In this document: positions 1 to 12,855 of the stretch, one piece after another | Layout of the letters: each line of letters opens with the position of its first letter | Position numbering within the stretch: the first letter of the stretch is position 1 | Source: Takakia lepidozioides | Lineage: Eukaryota > Plantae > Bryophyta | Reading direction: 5' to 3' | Length of the DNA: 64,000 bases | NCBI GenBank assembly: GCA_030704615.1 | Contig: CM060731.1 | Location: forward strand, 39,990,001 to 40,054,000 | Made by a program: the position numbers and the translations under genes | Notes under the pieces: generated by a model | Told to the model about the DNA's origin: nothing | The model's database searches: none | Seen by the model: the letters and a program-made list of their open reading frames with translations, nothing else

Positions 1-743
1 AGCAGAGAGGCATTGACTTTGGAGTGACGTTTTCTACGGTCGTCAAGTTTGATTCTATCATGACTGTATTGGCCATAGTAGCGAGTGAAGATCTCGAGGT
101 TTTACAGTTTGATATAAAGACAACGTTCCTAAATAGAGATCTAGAAGAAGAGATCTATATGATGCAGCCACCATGCTTTGAGGAGGAGGGCAATGAAACT
201 AAGGTTTGCAGGCTACTGAAAAGCCTTTATGGCTTAAGGCAGGCATCAAGAATGTGGAACAAGAGATTCAATGAGTTTCTAGTCAAATACAAGTTGGTTC
301 CGAGTCTTGCTGATCCATGTGTATATCTCAGTGCCACGTCTCCAAGGTTGATTGTGATGTCCAATATTTGTTGATGACAGACTGGTTTGTGGAAAACAAG
401 TTGCAGCAATGGACGAAATGGTACAAGAGATGAATGAGGTCTTTGAGGCCACAACTGGACCATGAGAAGTGTATGTTGGTCTACATATTACACGAAATAG
501 AGATGAGAGGCTCTTATACGTGGATCATGCTCAGTATGTCAGAAGAATGATAAAAAAAATTGGCTTTGAAGATGCTAATCCAATTGCTACTCCAGCGGAT
601 CTGAACGTACATCTTTACAGTGAAGGAGATTTCAATACTAGTCTCCACGATGAGCCAGCAATTGTCAATTTCCCTTACACAGAGATTGTAGGGAGTTTAA
701 TGTTTGCGGCAATTGGCTCTAGACCAGACATCTCACATGTAGT
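1..743 (+). pseudogene. Ty1/Copia reverse transcriptase fragment (RVT_2), frameshifted and truncated
   Basis: ORFs 24..374 and 469..771 contain QFDIKTTFLN..LEEEIYMMQP, LLKSLYGLRQASRMW, a (F)VDD motif after a frameshift (~365-378), and YTEIVGSLMF..SRPDI. Similarity stops abruptly at ~743. Confidence 0.93.
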
Positions 744-863
744 GACGGTTTGCAACTACCTCACAGGGTAGAGATGGTATCCTACTCCATCACATACACG
801 TGTATATATGTACATACATATAGATGTATACATATATTAAAATGTGGTGCAGGTATTCATATT

Positions 864-1240
864 ACCAAGCGTCGGGCCTGTCCAGCCAACCCTGCTCTTC
901 CAACCCTCGATGGGTTGGTAACATTGGATCGTGCTCTCTTCATGTTCTCACTCTCTTTCTTGCCCTTGGGGGACTCCCAGTACTTCACCAATGCATCCCA
1001 ATGGCAGGACTCTACACTCAGAGGGCATGGACCTCCAACCTTTCACACCATCTTTAACTTTTGGCAGTGTACTTTTATAATCCTCCCACATGCTTTCTGG
1101 AACTTGTCAACGCTCATAAGTTTAGGATAGTACTCAAAATCCTCGTCTATGGATTCCTTAACCTTGGCCATGTCACTGGGTTCTTGCTTGTCTGCTAGCA
1201 AAATGCTAGGATCAAGATATCTGATGCAGAGTCTCCGCAA
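864..1240 (-). pseudogene. CACTA/En-Spm second-ORF (TnpA/Transposase_24-like) relic
   Basis: Reading through the stop of ORF 1043..1240 gives PCPLSVESCHWDALVKYWESPKGKKESENMKRARSNV..VGRAG, which resembles the W..LV.YW.S....S..N...R pattern of Ptta/En/Spm proteins. It lies divergent to the CACTA transposase at 4960. Confidence 0.55.
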
Positions 1241-3014
1241 GGATCTCTGCCAGTAATCCTTCCCCTCACACCCCTTTAGAGTTTAATTGTACCTTGTGCG
1301 GCTTCAGCCCAACAGATTTGCGGGCTTTTGCATCAGTTTCATGTTCATTTGCGGCCAGCCTTTTTTGCCTTTTTTTGTTTGCAGCCTGCGACACAACATC
1401 CCCTTGTTGTGTGGAATCTTGATCATCACCAGCAGGGGGGGTGAATGGAGGAGTAACACCATTAAAAGGGGGCCCTACCCACTGCCCACCAGTGGCGTTG
1501 CATGGAGGGCCCAAGTTTGGGCACCTCTTTGTACCCAAGCTCCTTGGGGTCCTCCATTGGATCCACTTGGAATCCATGACCACGTGTTCATCATTTGTGG
1601 AGGGGCCATGGGCTCCTGCCAGGTAGGTGGTACTTTACTGATGACATAATGACATAAGCTAGGACAAAACAGATATCATGATGTTTCATGATATAGTTTT
1701 TGTTCTAAAATAGTTTATCAGTTTTCTTGCTTACTTTTTTTTCGAGTAAGAACTTTATAGTACCTAGCAAGGTGTATCAGGACCAGGTTTAGGCCATGGA
1801 ATAATATCTTAAGGTACCATGACAGGCTGGTTGTAGGACCATATCAGCTAATGTTTTAGAATCCATTTTCTGCATATGTCATTTCCTCAAACCCACTGCT
1901 AGCCTGAAGGTAATCATAGCAGTGCAAACATACAAGCAAGCACTACTCGCAAGAACATGGCTATCTGAGTCACTGTAAGTAGATGCATTTCATGAGCCAT
2001 TCAACTTCCTAAAAAAGTTTCATGTGTAGGCTTGAAACTGATATATCAGTGCCAAGATATTCTGAGGGACATATGAATGCACACTACAACATGAGGACGA
2101 GGCAAAATGATATGAGTTAATCACTAAAGAGTCCCCAACACACTCGCCCCTCCATTTGCTACAAATCGCAGCACTCAATGACTGAATCACCCATTCACCA
2201 ATGCCCCCAAAACAGTTGCAAAACGCAGCTTCTTAATTATAATTTCTCCAGCCTCTCCCTCACTCTTAGTCCAGCCCCACACACTCCCTTCTCCATCAGT
2301 TCATCACTCCAAAGATCGTTCCTCCGCCATACCCCCCAGCCTCTTACTCACTCCGATTTACCCTAAACCTTGCTCGGTTCTGCCTCTACCTCTGCTTTAC
2401 ACAAAACCCTATCCTAAACCCTACACATCATCAAAATGCTCAATTGCTTCCACAATCTGAGAGGAACTAAGGGTGAGAGAGGGGGAGAGACAGAGACAGA
2501 GACAGAAGGGGTCTTAGGGATCCCACCGCGGGCTTGTTACCCTCCTTGGTTGGGGTAGATGTCCTTAAGGGCCGCTTGGAAGGAGTCATGCGAACGACGA
2601 TCTTCTCAGCACTCTGCTCTTCCTCCTCGTCCGTGCTCTCGCTCTCTGCTGAGTAGACAACACTAGGAGTCGCTCCACTATCCTCCCCCGGGTTGCTCTC
2701 CAAGTCGCTCGACTCCTTCTCCGCCACCCCCATGTGAACATGACTCCTCTCCCTCAAACGAGTACTCCTTCACATTGGGTCGTTCCACACATAACGAGCA
2801 GTACGCGGGGGTCTTTGTTTCTCTCTACTCTCCCACAATCGCCCGGGTCACTCACAACAAAACGCCCTCACGAGCCCAAGAAGCTCAAAAAGCGAAGCAC
2901 ACACACTGAGTATGCTCGCGTGAGAGACATGAGGTTGTCCAAGTGCCGAGTTGCATCCGACGGTCCACGTCCATCCAATGGCGGAGGTGGGATGTGGATA
3001 CGTCGCTTTTTTTA

Positions 3015-3954
3015 CACTACAACAGATCGTGATATATCTGACTGCCAAGGCGCAGTAGTCATGGTTTTCCTGACTTTGACCATGACTTCCCTGTATTTTT
3101 GGACCAAATGAGACTTCACGTAGTCGTTGAAATGACTACGTGACTACGTAGTCCTCTTGGCGATTACTTTGGTAGACGTCGTCATGACTGTATGGCTTCG
3201 CACTAGAGGGAAGGGTGGTCAACGATGGTTGACCAGCGCGAGCTTGCCACCAAATAGTCGCCGGAATGACTTCTAGTGCAAGCTTGGTAACCAAAAGGTT
3301 TAATTTTTTATAAAAGTTGCTTATAGCTTATAGCTTATAGCATAGTCATTTCCATGACTACAGTGTACATGGATGAGGTTACATAGTCATGATGACTACT
3401 GGGGATTTTGTAATTTGGTGTGTATAATACAATTAAAACACCATATGATCATATGAATGATTAATGGGTGTATTGGTTAACAGGTAGTGAACTATAATTC
3501 TTATAGTAAAGAGGTTGCATGTTCAAACTCTTCTAAGTACAATCAAATGGATAAGATGGCCCTAGGGTTAGTAGACGAGCTAGGGATAGCACGTGGTACC
3601 CTTGATGGACTGCCACGTGGTTTTTTTATTATTATAAAATGCATTATGCCACGTGGCACAATGCGGTGCGACGCGACGTTTGATATATGTTTTTATTTTT
3701 TAAGTTTTTTTAATTTAGTTTAATTTTTTAAATCAATTGCGCCTCGCCACGTGGCGCGGCTGCAGTATGGTGTATATGACTGCAGTGAGAGATATCACTT
3801 GGTTCATATGACTGTAGTCATCCGGACCGTACCATCCTGTACTCATTGTATTGACTTGGTTTGCACGACTTACAGTCATAGAAGTCATATGTACCGTTTT
3901 ATGACTGCAGAATAGTCATATATACAGTCATAAATACCGCGATCTATTGTAGTG
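3015..3954. mobile_element. Non-autonomous CACTA DNA transposon (940 bp)
   Basis: TIRs CACTACAACAGATCGTGATAT.. and ..ATACCGCGATCTATTGTAGTG; 3-bp TSD TTA (3012-3014, 3955-3957); many subterminal ATGACT/AGTCAT repeats; no recognisable coding region. Confidence 0.93.
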
Positions 3955-4959
3955 TTATAAAAAAAATTAGGGTACATATTAACCACTACACTAGTGTCCA
4001 TAACCACTACATCCTGTTGACATGGCAGTCTTCTAGGGCTCTTGGGACCTCAATTACCTGTCATGAAACATATGTAAATCTGGCATGGAAACAACGCAGG
4101 GGAGGCCACCTCTCGGCTCAGGTGTTGCGATCGCATTGCAAGTGCACGGAATGAGGGAATAATGCAATGAAGGAGAGAAGGAATCATCGCATGAACAGTA
4201 TTCGAGCAAGGAGACAGCTTCGACTTACAATGGAGTGCCCTTGGAGCTCCAATCCAACAACCAAGCTTTGTTTTCAGCTACCTTGATAGCACGATACCGT
4301 TCATATTCCACCATCCCATCGCATTCTCCTGGGGTAAGTGACTCCTCTTCTCCTCGCTCTCTGCTGAACAGGGTGCTCTTGCCACATCGCCTCCAGTGCC
4401 ATCGTCGTTCAAATGTTTTGGGCTGCGTTCACTCTTTGTCATAGAACTTGCACTCTCCTTCAGCAAAATTGAAAATAGACTGAGCCTAACTAAACCCTAC
4501 AAGTGCACATTCAGATTGAACGATGGAGGAAGCTGTAGATATAAGCACATGACAACAAATGGGCTGACGGCTTCTTGCTAACTACAAATGCATATAATGG
4601 GCTGGGCTACTGCTCATAACCTTCAAGACATCATATCTTAAAGCACTATAGCTTGTAGCTAGAAGTAGGGTCTGCTAGGTCACCACGTAGTGATTCAATC
4701 CATTTTGAATATTACTAGGAAGGTGGTTTATAGATGACAAGAGGCAACTTTTTCCATTTTCTGCACTGTCAGAGTCATACTCACTCTGTTTGTAGTTCTA
4801 AAGTAGAAATATGAGGTGTGAAATAACCACTCAGAAAGTGGTACCTTACAACTCTATGCGTAGAGACGTACAGTAGATTGTTGAAAATCTTGCTTCTTAG
4901 GGACTTGGTATATTAATCTTGATTCTCCCCTCATACTAAGAAAAGAATTCATTTACATC

Positions 4960-6448
4960 ATGGAGCCTGATAGAGCAGCTGCCGTGCTGAGATTACAACA
5001 GCGCGACGATGCTATTTTTCAGCGTGAGGTTGCGCGGTGTCAAGAGTATGGTCTCAACTAGTTAAGATGCCCTTGCAATCACTGTAAGGGTGGACGACCA
5101 GTCTCTATAGAGACAGTGAGAAAACATCTAATGGTCAATTATAGATCCCCTACTTTCAGATCTTGGAGAGGAGCAAGGAGGCATGCTTCTGACGATGAAT
5201 GGGAAGACACGGCCATGGTGATTGGTGACGACGTAGCTTCAGCAAATCATTGGACACATAGAGAATTGGACACAAATGTTGAGATACAGCGTATGATCCA
5301 AGAGACCTTTCAGATCATAGACACACCTGAAACTGCAAATGGGGCAGAAGTGGAGTTAGATAACCTAGATGTTCAAGGTGACACGAACATTCTACCAGAA
5401 GCCCATGCCCGGTCGCAGGTGAGGACTTTCACACTGATGATCCCATCTCATTGGAAGAGGCATGTCTACCTTTATATGAAGACTGTAAATCCTCTAAGCT
5501 TGCAGCCACCATGCTTATAATGAATCTATGCACAACACATAGGTTTACAATTGCCTTTGCGGATGAAATGTTCTCTTTGCTTCAGAAAACCTTGTTGCCA
5601 CAACCGAACGTACTACCCACATCTTTCTACCATGCAAAGACCATGGTGAGCAAGCTTGGGCTTGCTTATGAGAAGATCGATGCTTGCCCAAAGGGGTGTG
5701 TGGTTTAGGGGGAACTTGCGAGGTTCAGAGAGGTGCCCCAAATGTCAAAGCGCCCGATTCAAAAATGTGGGGAAATCCAAGGTACCTGTTAAGGTGCTTC
5801 GACATTTTCCATTGATACCACGCCTTTTGCGTATGTATAGATGCTCTTCTATTGCACAATTAATGATCTGGCATAGTCAGAATGCAAGCAACGATGGCCT
5901 TGTGCACCATGCAGCTGATTCAAAGGCTTGGAAACACATTGATGCTACTTGGCCCGACTTTGCAGCAGAGCCTCACAATGTAAGGCTTGGTTTTTCCTTG
6001 GATGGAGTAAACCCATCTGGTGATAAGAACAATTGCTGGTCAACATGGCCAGTGTTGACGCTGGTATACAACGTACCTTCGTGGCTCACTACAAAGAAGT
6101 TCTTTGTCATGCTTATTCTCTTGATTCTAGGAAAGCAGTCAGTTACAAGTGAGCACATAAATGTGTACTTAGCACCACTGATCGAGGAGTTACTTGTTTT
6201 GTGGAGGGGGGTTCGGGCATATGACATATGCAAACCTGTTGGTGAGAGAACCTTCATACTACGCACCATACTATTTGCGGAGCATCCATGATTTTCCTGC
6301 TTATGGCCTACTTGCACGATATATCACAAAAGGCTACAAAGCGTGTCCAGTATGTGGTCCTCATGTAGATGCAAGACACTCTAAAGTTCTGGGAAAAACT
6401 ATCTATCTAGGTCACCGCAGGCTCTTCCCTCGGACCCATCCCTACCGC
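4960..6448 (+). pseudogene. CACTA (En/Spm) Tnp2 transposase (Transposase_21), frameshifted, 3' truncated
   Basis: N-terminal CPCxxC..VRKHL motif; LPTSFYHAK..YEKIDACPKGC; HFPLIPRL..WH; DSKAWKHID..NVRLGFSLDGVNP; STWPV..YN.P; HDFPAYG..KGYKACPVC..YLGHRR, spread over ORFs 5116-6574. Confidence 0.93.
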
Positions 6449-6640
6449 AGTCCACAACCCAGAGTTTCATTGTCGAACCAAGCACATCAACCTGCAGTAC
6501 CACTTTATTCGGGAGCACCGGATCCTCGGCACTATCAATGTCATCTACATTTCGACCATAGAGCAGCTAGCTGACCTATTCACGAAGGCACTACCGGCTA
6601 ATCGATTTCAAAAGCTTTGCATACTCCTTGGCACTCCTAC
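6449..6640 (+). pseudogene. Ty1/Copia RNase H C-terminus
   Basis: Translates as HNPEFHCRTKHINLQYHFIRE..IYISTIEQLADLFTKALPANRFQKL, the canonical end of Copia pol. It is fused directly to the CACTA transposase. Confidence 0.9.
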
Positions 6641-6724
6641 CCACAGCGGAAGCAGTGGGAGGGTTGGACATCTAGGCAATGTACAGCTCGCATTGCCCGC
6701 ATGAAAATGCTCACTGAGTGGGAG

Positions 6725-7283
6725 TGTAGAAAATCTAGAAATAGCACCTGCAGACTAGTTGGCACTCTACATGGCCTATGTTCACGTAGAGTACTCATTA
6801 TAGTTATGGCTTACAAAACGCCACAATCCACTTTTTGATTCCGCCACCTACAAGTTGGCCACTCATACTTAGAGACATATGGCCTAGTATGTGTTAACTT
6901 TACTCATAGCCAAGCACATTCATGTGTCGTTATAGTTTATACTAAGTTCTTGCCTTTACTCATGCTAAGGTATGGAAGCTAGGTATAAAGTCTCTCCATT
7001 TGCATTAACGTTTATCTCAGTGTGTGCAAAGTGTGAGGCTAGCATATGTAGTTCACTGCTGTGATCTAAATCTCATGCTAGCTTATGTAGTTCATGACTC
7101 TGTTGTGATCTAAATCTCATGCTAGCTTATGTAGTTCATGACTCTGTTGTGATCTAAATCTCATGCTAGCTTATGTAGTTCATGACTCTGATCTGAATCT
7201 GCCGCAAAACTACTCGTGTTCTTTGTGGCATTCCGTGTCTTGTGCAAGTCTGTCCCTAGTCACTATAGTTAGTATTTTTTACA
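6725..7283 (+). mobile_element. Copia 3' LTR
   Basis: Preceded by polypurine tract GAGTGGGAG; ends are TGTAGAAAAT and ATTTTTACA (TG..CA inverted termini); lies just downstream of the RNase H. Confidence 0.75.
7060..7190 (+). repeat. 44-bp tandem repeat x3 inside the LTR
   Basis: TGTGATCTAAATCTCATGCTAGCTTATGTAGTTCATGACTCTG at 7060, 7104 and 7148. Confidence 0.95.
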
Positions 7284-7982
7284 CTTGGTACCATTGGAAA
7301 GCCTTCGATGAGGAGGAGTTAGGACCAACAGAGCCGCGCTTCGATCACAGCCAGCCTGCACGGGCTTGATCTCAAAATTTTGGGCCCTGCGGTGTGGGAG
7401 ATGTGGAATTTCAAGTACTTTTGGTCGCTGGAAATTCGCAAACAATAGCAAAGTGGGCTTTCCCGGCACAATGATCGGTGCCTCCACCATCCAGTTCAAA
7501 TCAGGTCGTAGGTTCTCTGGAAAAAAAATGATTAGACTTATAAACTACAATACAGTATTGAATCCACCCTGACTTAGATGACATTGGACACTTGGGCCAA
7601 CGGCATAGGCTACCCTAGTGAATTTTCTTTAAAAAATTGTTTTTATGCACAAAGTGACATGTTGGAAGCTGCTCGCTGGGGGCTGCGGCTTTCCCATGAC
7701 CTCGATCACGTTTACCACCTAGAGTAAGGTTGATTAAGAAGGTCGCCCCGCCATAATCAAGGTTTCTTAAAATAGCTTTAAAAGTAGAAAAAAATCTTTT
7801 TGTGGAAACTTTTGGGCCAAACATGTTTCCGTTTTGGTTTGTCTCGTGCGTATAAGAGGCCACGGTCTGCAAGCCTTCCACACTTCGTTATTTGCAATCG
7901 GCCTACTCTGCAATCAGCTGCTTATTTTCGTGCGCAAGCTCCCTTTGAGGTCTCACAAGTTCGCATCTTCTTGATGGAGTTA

Positions 7983-8348
7983 AATTGCTTTGGTGCAGGA
8001 AACGCGGGAGAAGGTTCAGCCCACGATTTCAAGAAGATAACACACGAGGTGTTTCCTCTACTGGGTGTTTTTCCTATTGCCGACTTTATGCCTTTTTTAC
8101 TCGGGTGGTTCGGTCTGGGAGGCCACGAGAAGAAGGTGATGGAAGTGGAGAAGAGCATGGACGCCTCCCACTCTTCAATTATTGAGGAGCACCGAAAGAA
8201 GGAGGAGGTTAGGGAGCCCGACTCTTCAACCGATTTTGTGGACGTCTTATTATCCCTCCCAGGGGAGGATGGGGAGGAACACCTTAGCGACCAAATAGTA
8301 AAGGCCTTGGTGCAAGATATGGTAGCAGCAGGGGCTGATCACACCTCA
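7983..8348 (+). pseudogene. Cytochrome P450 internal fragment, CYP703-like (F-G-H-I helix region)
   Basis: ITHEVFPLLGVFPIADFMPF..EKKVMEVEK..IIEEHR..DFVDVLLSLPGEDGEEHLSDQIVKALVQDMVAAG closely matches the CYP703A signature DFVDVLLSLPGENG..H..D..IKALIQDMIAA. No N-terminus, K-helix or heme-Cys region is present. Confidence 0.85.
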
Positions 8349-11300
8349 GCTTTACTCTGCACACACGACACTATTGTCAAAGAAGAGTTCCGTAAAGTCT
8401 ACAACTCTAGATATTACACATATAATTTGATAGATTGAGCATATTATCTCCCAGCTCTCAAAAACAATTTCTCTCCTAAACTTTGGCCAGACACTTATTT
8501 GAGGAGCCGTGCAATATTAGGGTCTAACTAAATGTCACTAGCTTTTCTCTCGGTGGGCATAGAAGCAGCTCAAGAGCACGAAGACCGACAGCATAGTCTG
8601 CACCCCCCAGTCTGCTCTTTCACCTCGCGCGCACATCACATGTATTAGAATAAAACATGAATTATATTCTCAGAGAAAGAAGAGATGAAGGAAGATGTCC
8701 AGAGATTCACCGATTGAAAGCTTGTAGTCGATCCTATAGCTCTAGAATTAGCAATCAACATCGATCCTGCTGCAGAGAATTAGCAGCGAGCAGCCGCAGC
8801 ATGAAGCTTCACGTATATCCACTGCACAATTCTTATCAGGACGATCTGTAACTTGAAAAATTGCAATGCACGCAGTCGGTCAAACAATGAATCGCTCCGT
8901 GAAACTTTGGTCCAGTGTAGATGGTAAAATCCTCGTAAAGTAATTTGCAGCGTAGTCCTGCCTAATGAAGGGCAGGGCCAACAAATTCCAAGTCGCGGTC
9001 TTATTCATTCAATAGGTTGCAAGTTGGAGTTCGCCGCCAACCGCATCAAATTGGTTTCGTTTTCTGGTTGTGTTTGTAGGCGTTGAAAGATTTCATCAAT
9101 CGCGTACCCGTTCCAAGACTTCCTTAGTAATAAAAGAAAACCCAAATATCATGTGGAGCTGAACTGAACTGGGTCCAACGTAGTCAGATTGGAACCCACC
9201 TTTCGAACATTTTATCCTTAATACTCACCCCAACCTCCAAGCAAGGTACAGACAAATAAAGAGTATTCCTTATTGGGTTAGTAGATGTTGTCCTTGATTC
9301 AAGTCATCTGTGATGTATTCTCTTCATTCGATTTTGTGAGAAGGAAATGAAATGAAATGGTACTTTATAGTTGCATGAGAAGGAAGAAAGAAACAAGAAG
9401 AGAGAAGGGCCACAAACAGCCCAAAGGCAACTAAAGCTCAAGGGATTGTCTAACAGCCAACGCTTCATGCACGTAAGCTGCCAAGCATTTCTGATCCGAG
9501 GTCGTAATGGAAAACCTCTGTGAGAGATCGATTATCCGGGAATAGCAGTTGAATCTCCTGGGACGGACCTCATAGTTTTAAGGGCAGGAAAGAAAGGGAA
9601 AAGGAAGGAACTAAGAAATCTCCTGGAGCAGTATCTAGACAAGGGCAGCAGGAATTCTTATGAACATGACAGGACAGCCAGCAAAGACCCTGTCAGGCCA
9701 ACAAGCTCATCCACCAAAATATTTGAATGCTGGCACCATCCATTGTCCAATTAATGTCAGGCACTGCTTCCTATAGGGAGTCACTACTGCACCCACTCTA
9801 ACTCCCATTATCAAGGCGCTTCGGGCTGTCTCTGCACAATATTCTCCCCAAACCTGGGCTCACTTGAACAGCCCCCAGATTTAGCTGTTGCACAGCGAGA
9901 ACCCTTCAGACCTTTCATAATTTGGCAATAGCAGTACCATGCCATCAATGTAATTCATCGATGTCAAGGCTTCCAAGATTCGACTCTGAGTCAAGTGTGA
10001 TTTCTGCAGGGAATGATGGCAAGTTGTATTAATCTGTGACCGCAGAGACAGGAAAGAAAACTGTTGGTAACACCACCCAAGATGACACCGGCAATAAGTA
10101 GAACGGTGACTGAAATCATGATTTCATACCTGGAAAAAGAATGATACTCTGACCCATGTTGTTAAGGATACCCTTAGATGCAACAAACAATCCTTTGAGC
10201 AGTGTGTCAATATGTGATCTAACTTCTTGAAAAGAACCCATGTTTCGGACACAGCCTTATGACACTCAAATTAGAGGGGATGTTGTATCTGATAATGTCC
10301 TGCTTCCGATCAGAACAGGATTTCACAATTTCAGGGGAAACTAAAACCTTGAGGCTAGTGAACAATTTAGTGACCACGGGCCCGACATTCTCTAGATAAG
10401 ATCTCACCAGAGAGAAGGTCTAAATAATGAAGAAAGGAACTTTATAACATCCACAGGAAGGTCAAACCAAAACCCGGAAAACCGGAAGCCAATGAAGAAA
10501 CAAAGATGATAACCACCAACATATTGGCGTGGGGAAGAATGACAATTAATGTGGACCTGGCCCCATTGAAACAAATATTGCCAAGTGAATTGACCACTAC
10601 CCTGAAACAGACCACAAACCAGGCTATATTGCACACTGACCCAATGTGGTAGTAGCCTCGTAGTAGCCCGGATTTGCACCCAAAACCATAACCAGTACTC
10701 ACGTGGGGACCAACTGTGAAATGCAAGTAAAGAAACAATACTCAACAATGCAATAGCACTCCTCCTCAGTTACATGATAGAAATAGCTGATTTAAGGGCT
10801 CCCATTTCAAGACCTTACTTGCCAATCTCTCAAACATGAAACACTCAGATCATCGATGATTTCTTATTCTTCTTGTATCAATCTGTCAAATGCGAATTAA
10901 CAAAATACTAGTGAATTCAGAAATACAAAATTCAACATAAGACGTCCCCAGTGAGTTGTCAACTCGGTATGTATATTACTAGCTAACTTTTGGGTCCCTT
11001 GCATCTTCCTTGTATGTTGTTTCTCCCCACTTGTTACCTAGTGAAAATCCACTTCACTGAGCCGCACGCCTCATCTCATGTCTGGAGTCCACATCGGAAC
11101 TTAGCTAACTTTCGGTGGCGATGTGTAGCCATGAATGGACAAGAGAAACAAGCCAAAGAAAAATGGAACATCGTGCCAGTGGAGTGGTACATAAAGATCT
11201 TCTCAGATCTTTCTATATCCTTGCATCTCCTATGCAAACATTGTCCCTGTCCAGTTCCAACTTCTAGTGGCATGATGTCCCCTTTTTCCGTGGGTGATTT

Positions 11301-12347
11301 CTCCGATATATTTTCTATCTACTCCAACATCGGCTTCACTCCACCCTTCTGGTTAATCCATAGCCTAGAGCTATGTTCTTGGTCTAATCTAATACTGTGG
11401 TGACAAGAAATCTAAATTCGTTCACTAACATACTTGGGGATCAAATTAATCAGATCTCAGTTTTCTGTTCGGCATGCAGACCATGTGGCTCCACAAAAAA
11501 AAAAAAAATGATCCCCTCTCGATATTCCCCTACCCCCCTCCAGAGATGGAGTAGAAGACGATGATCAATTGATCAGTGCTGAAATGTGTAATACAACTCC
11601 ACTGCCAGTGATGTAGTGGATAAGTGAAATTCCACTCCAGTTGCAGTGTGGAGCAGCAGATGTGCAGTGCGTTCTGCACATGCACTGGAGTACCTCCTAG
11701 TACCTCCCTGTCTCGTCTCTTTATGTACTCACCACAGCGAGATCTGAATAGACTCAGCTTTCCTTATTTGAGCATCTCCTAGTATCTCAAAAGAGTCGTA
11801 TACACCTGTCACAATCTTGTGATATATTTGAACACTGTGTAAATTTAAGAAAAAAACAAAAGTCGGGGATTCAGGCCCTTACAAGATGAAGGGAATTATG
11901 AGCCATGACGCAAGGCCACGAGACCAGGCCCGTAAAGCCCTTCAGATGTTTTTCCTCCGTACTCGCCGGTACGCCCGCGTAATTCTGTCCATAATTCTGT
12001 CCGGGCGCATGTTTGCCCGTACGTAACCCATTTTATTACCGTGAAATCTCTTAACCCATTTCTTACAAGGATTTTCCCAAACACGGGTCGTATATCTATC
12101 TTTACAGGGAAAGGCTCCCCTCCGACGGCGTACCGCGGTGTGAAGGGATATATCACAAGATTGTGACAGGTGTACACGCCTCTTCTGAGATACCACGAGA
12201 TGCTCTAATAAGGAAAGCTGAGTCTATCCAGATCTCGCTGTGGTGAGTAGATAAAGAGACGAGACAGGGAGGTACTACAGTACATTGCAGAACGCACTGC
12301 TCATCTTCTGCTGCACACTGCAACTGGAGTGGCATTTCACTTGTCCA

Positions 12348-12855
12348 CTACATCACTGGCAGTGGAGTTGTACTATTACACATTTCAGCACCGATCAATT
12401 GATCATGGTCTTCTACTCCATCTCTCTGCAGTGGGGTAGAAGATCATCTGCAATTGATCATCTTTTGTTCTCTACAAGAGCCGCATGGTTGCATCACCAT
12501 CTCATCACCATTCAGTACATACAACCGAGATATGATTGATCCCCAACTATGTTAGTGAGCTAACTCAATTTTTCTAGTCACGACAGGATCAGATTAGACC
12601 CAAGTACCTAGCTATACATCACTGGTAGTGGAGTTGTATTACACATTTCAGCACTGATCAATTGATCATCGTCTTTTACTCCATCTCTGCAGTGGAGTAG
12701 GGGATCGAGAGGGATCATTTTTTTTTCTATAGAGCCGCATGGTCTGCATTGCAGTATAGAAAACTGAGATATGATTGATCCCCAACTATGTTACTGAATT
12801 AATCCGATTTTTCTAGTCACGACAGGATCAGATTAGACCATGAGCCAGCTAGCTC
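12348..12855 (+). repeat. ~265-bp tandem duplication within the right arm of the foldback
   Basis: TACATCACTGG(C/T)AGTGGAGTTG...GGATCAGATTAGACC occurs at ~12348-12614 and ~12615-12855. Confidence 0.88.

Noticed and set aside
7284-7295. TGGTACCA after the Copia LTR as a PBS of a tandem element
   Set aside because: Only a partial match to the tRNA-Met PBS, and no gag follows.
7800-8438. ORF as an intact P450 gene
   Set aside because: Only ~120 aa are P450-like; there is no ExxR, PERF or heme-Cys motif nearby, and the flanking codons are unrelated.
9300-10420. Possible L1-type 3' remnant on the minus strand in the left arm
   Set aside because: Only a vague C..HILTHC-like trace; no RT motif or TSD that I can support.
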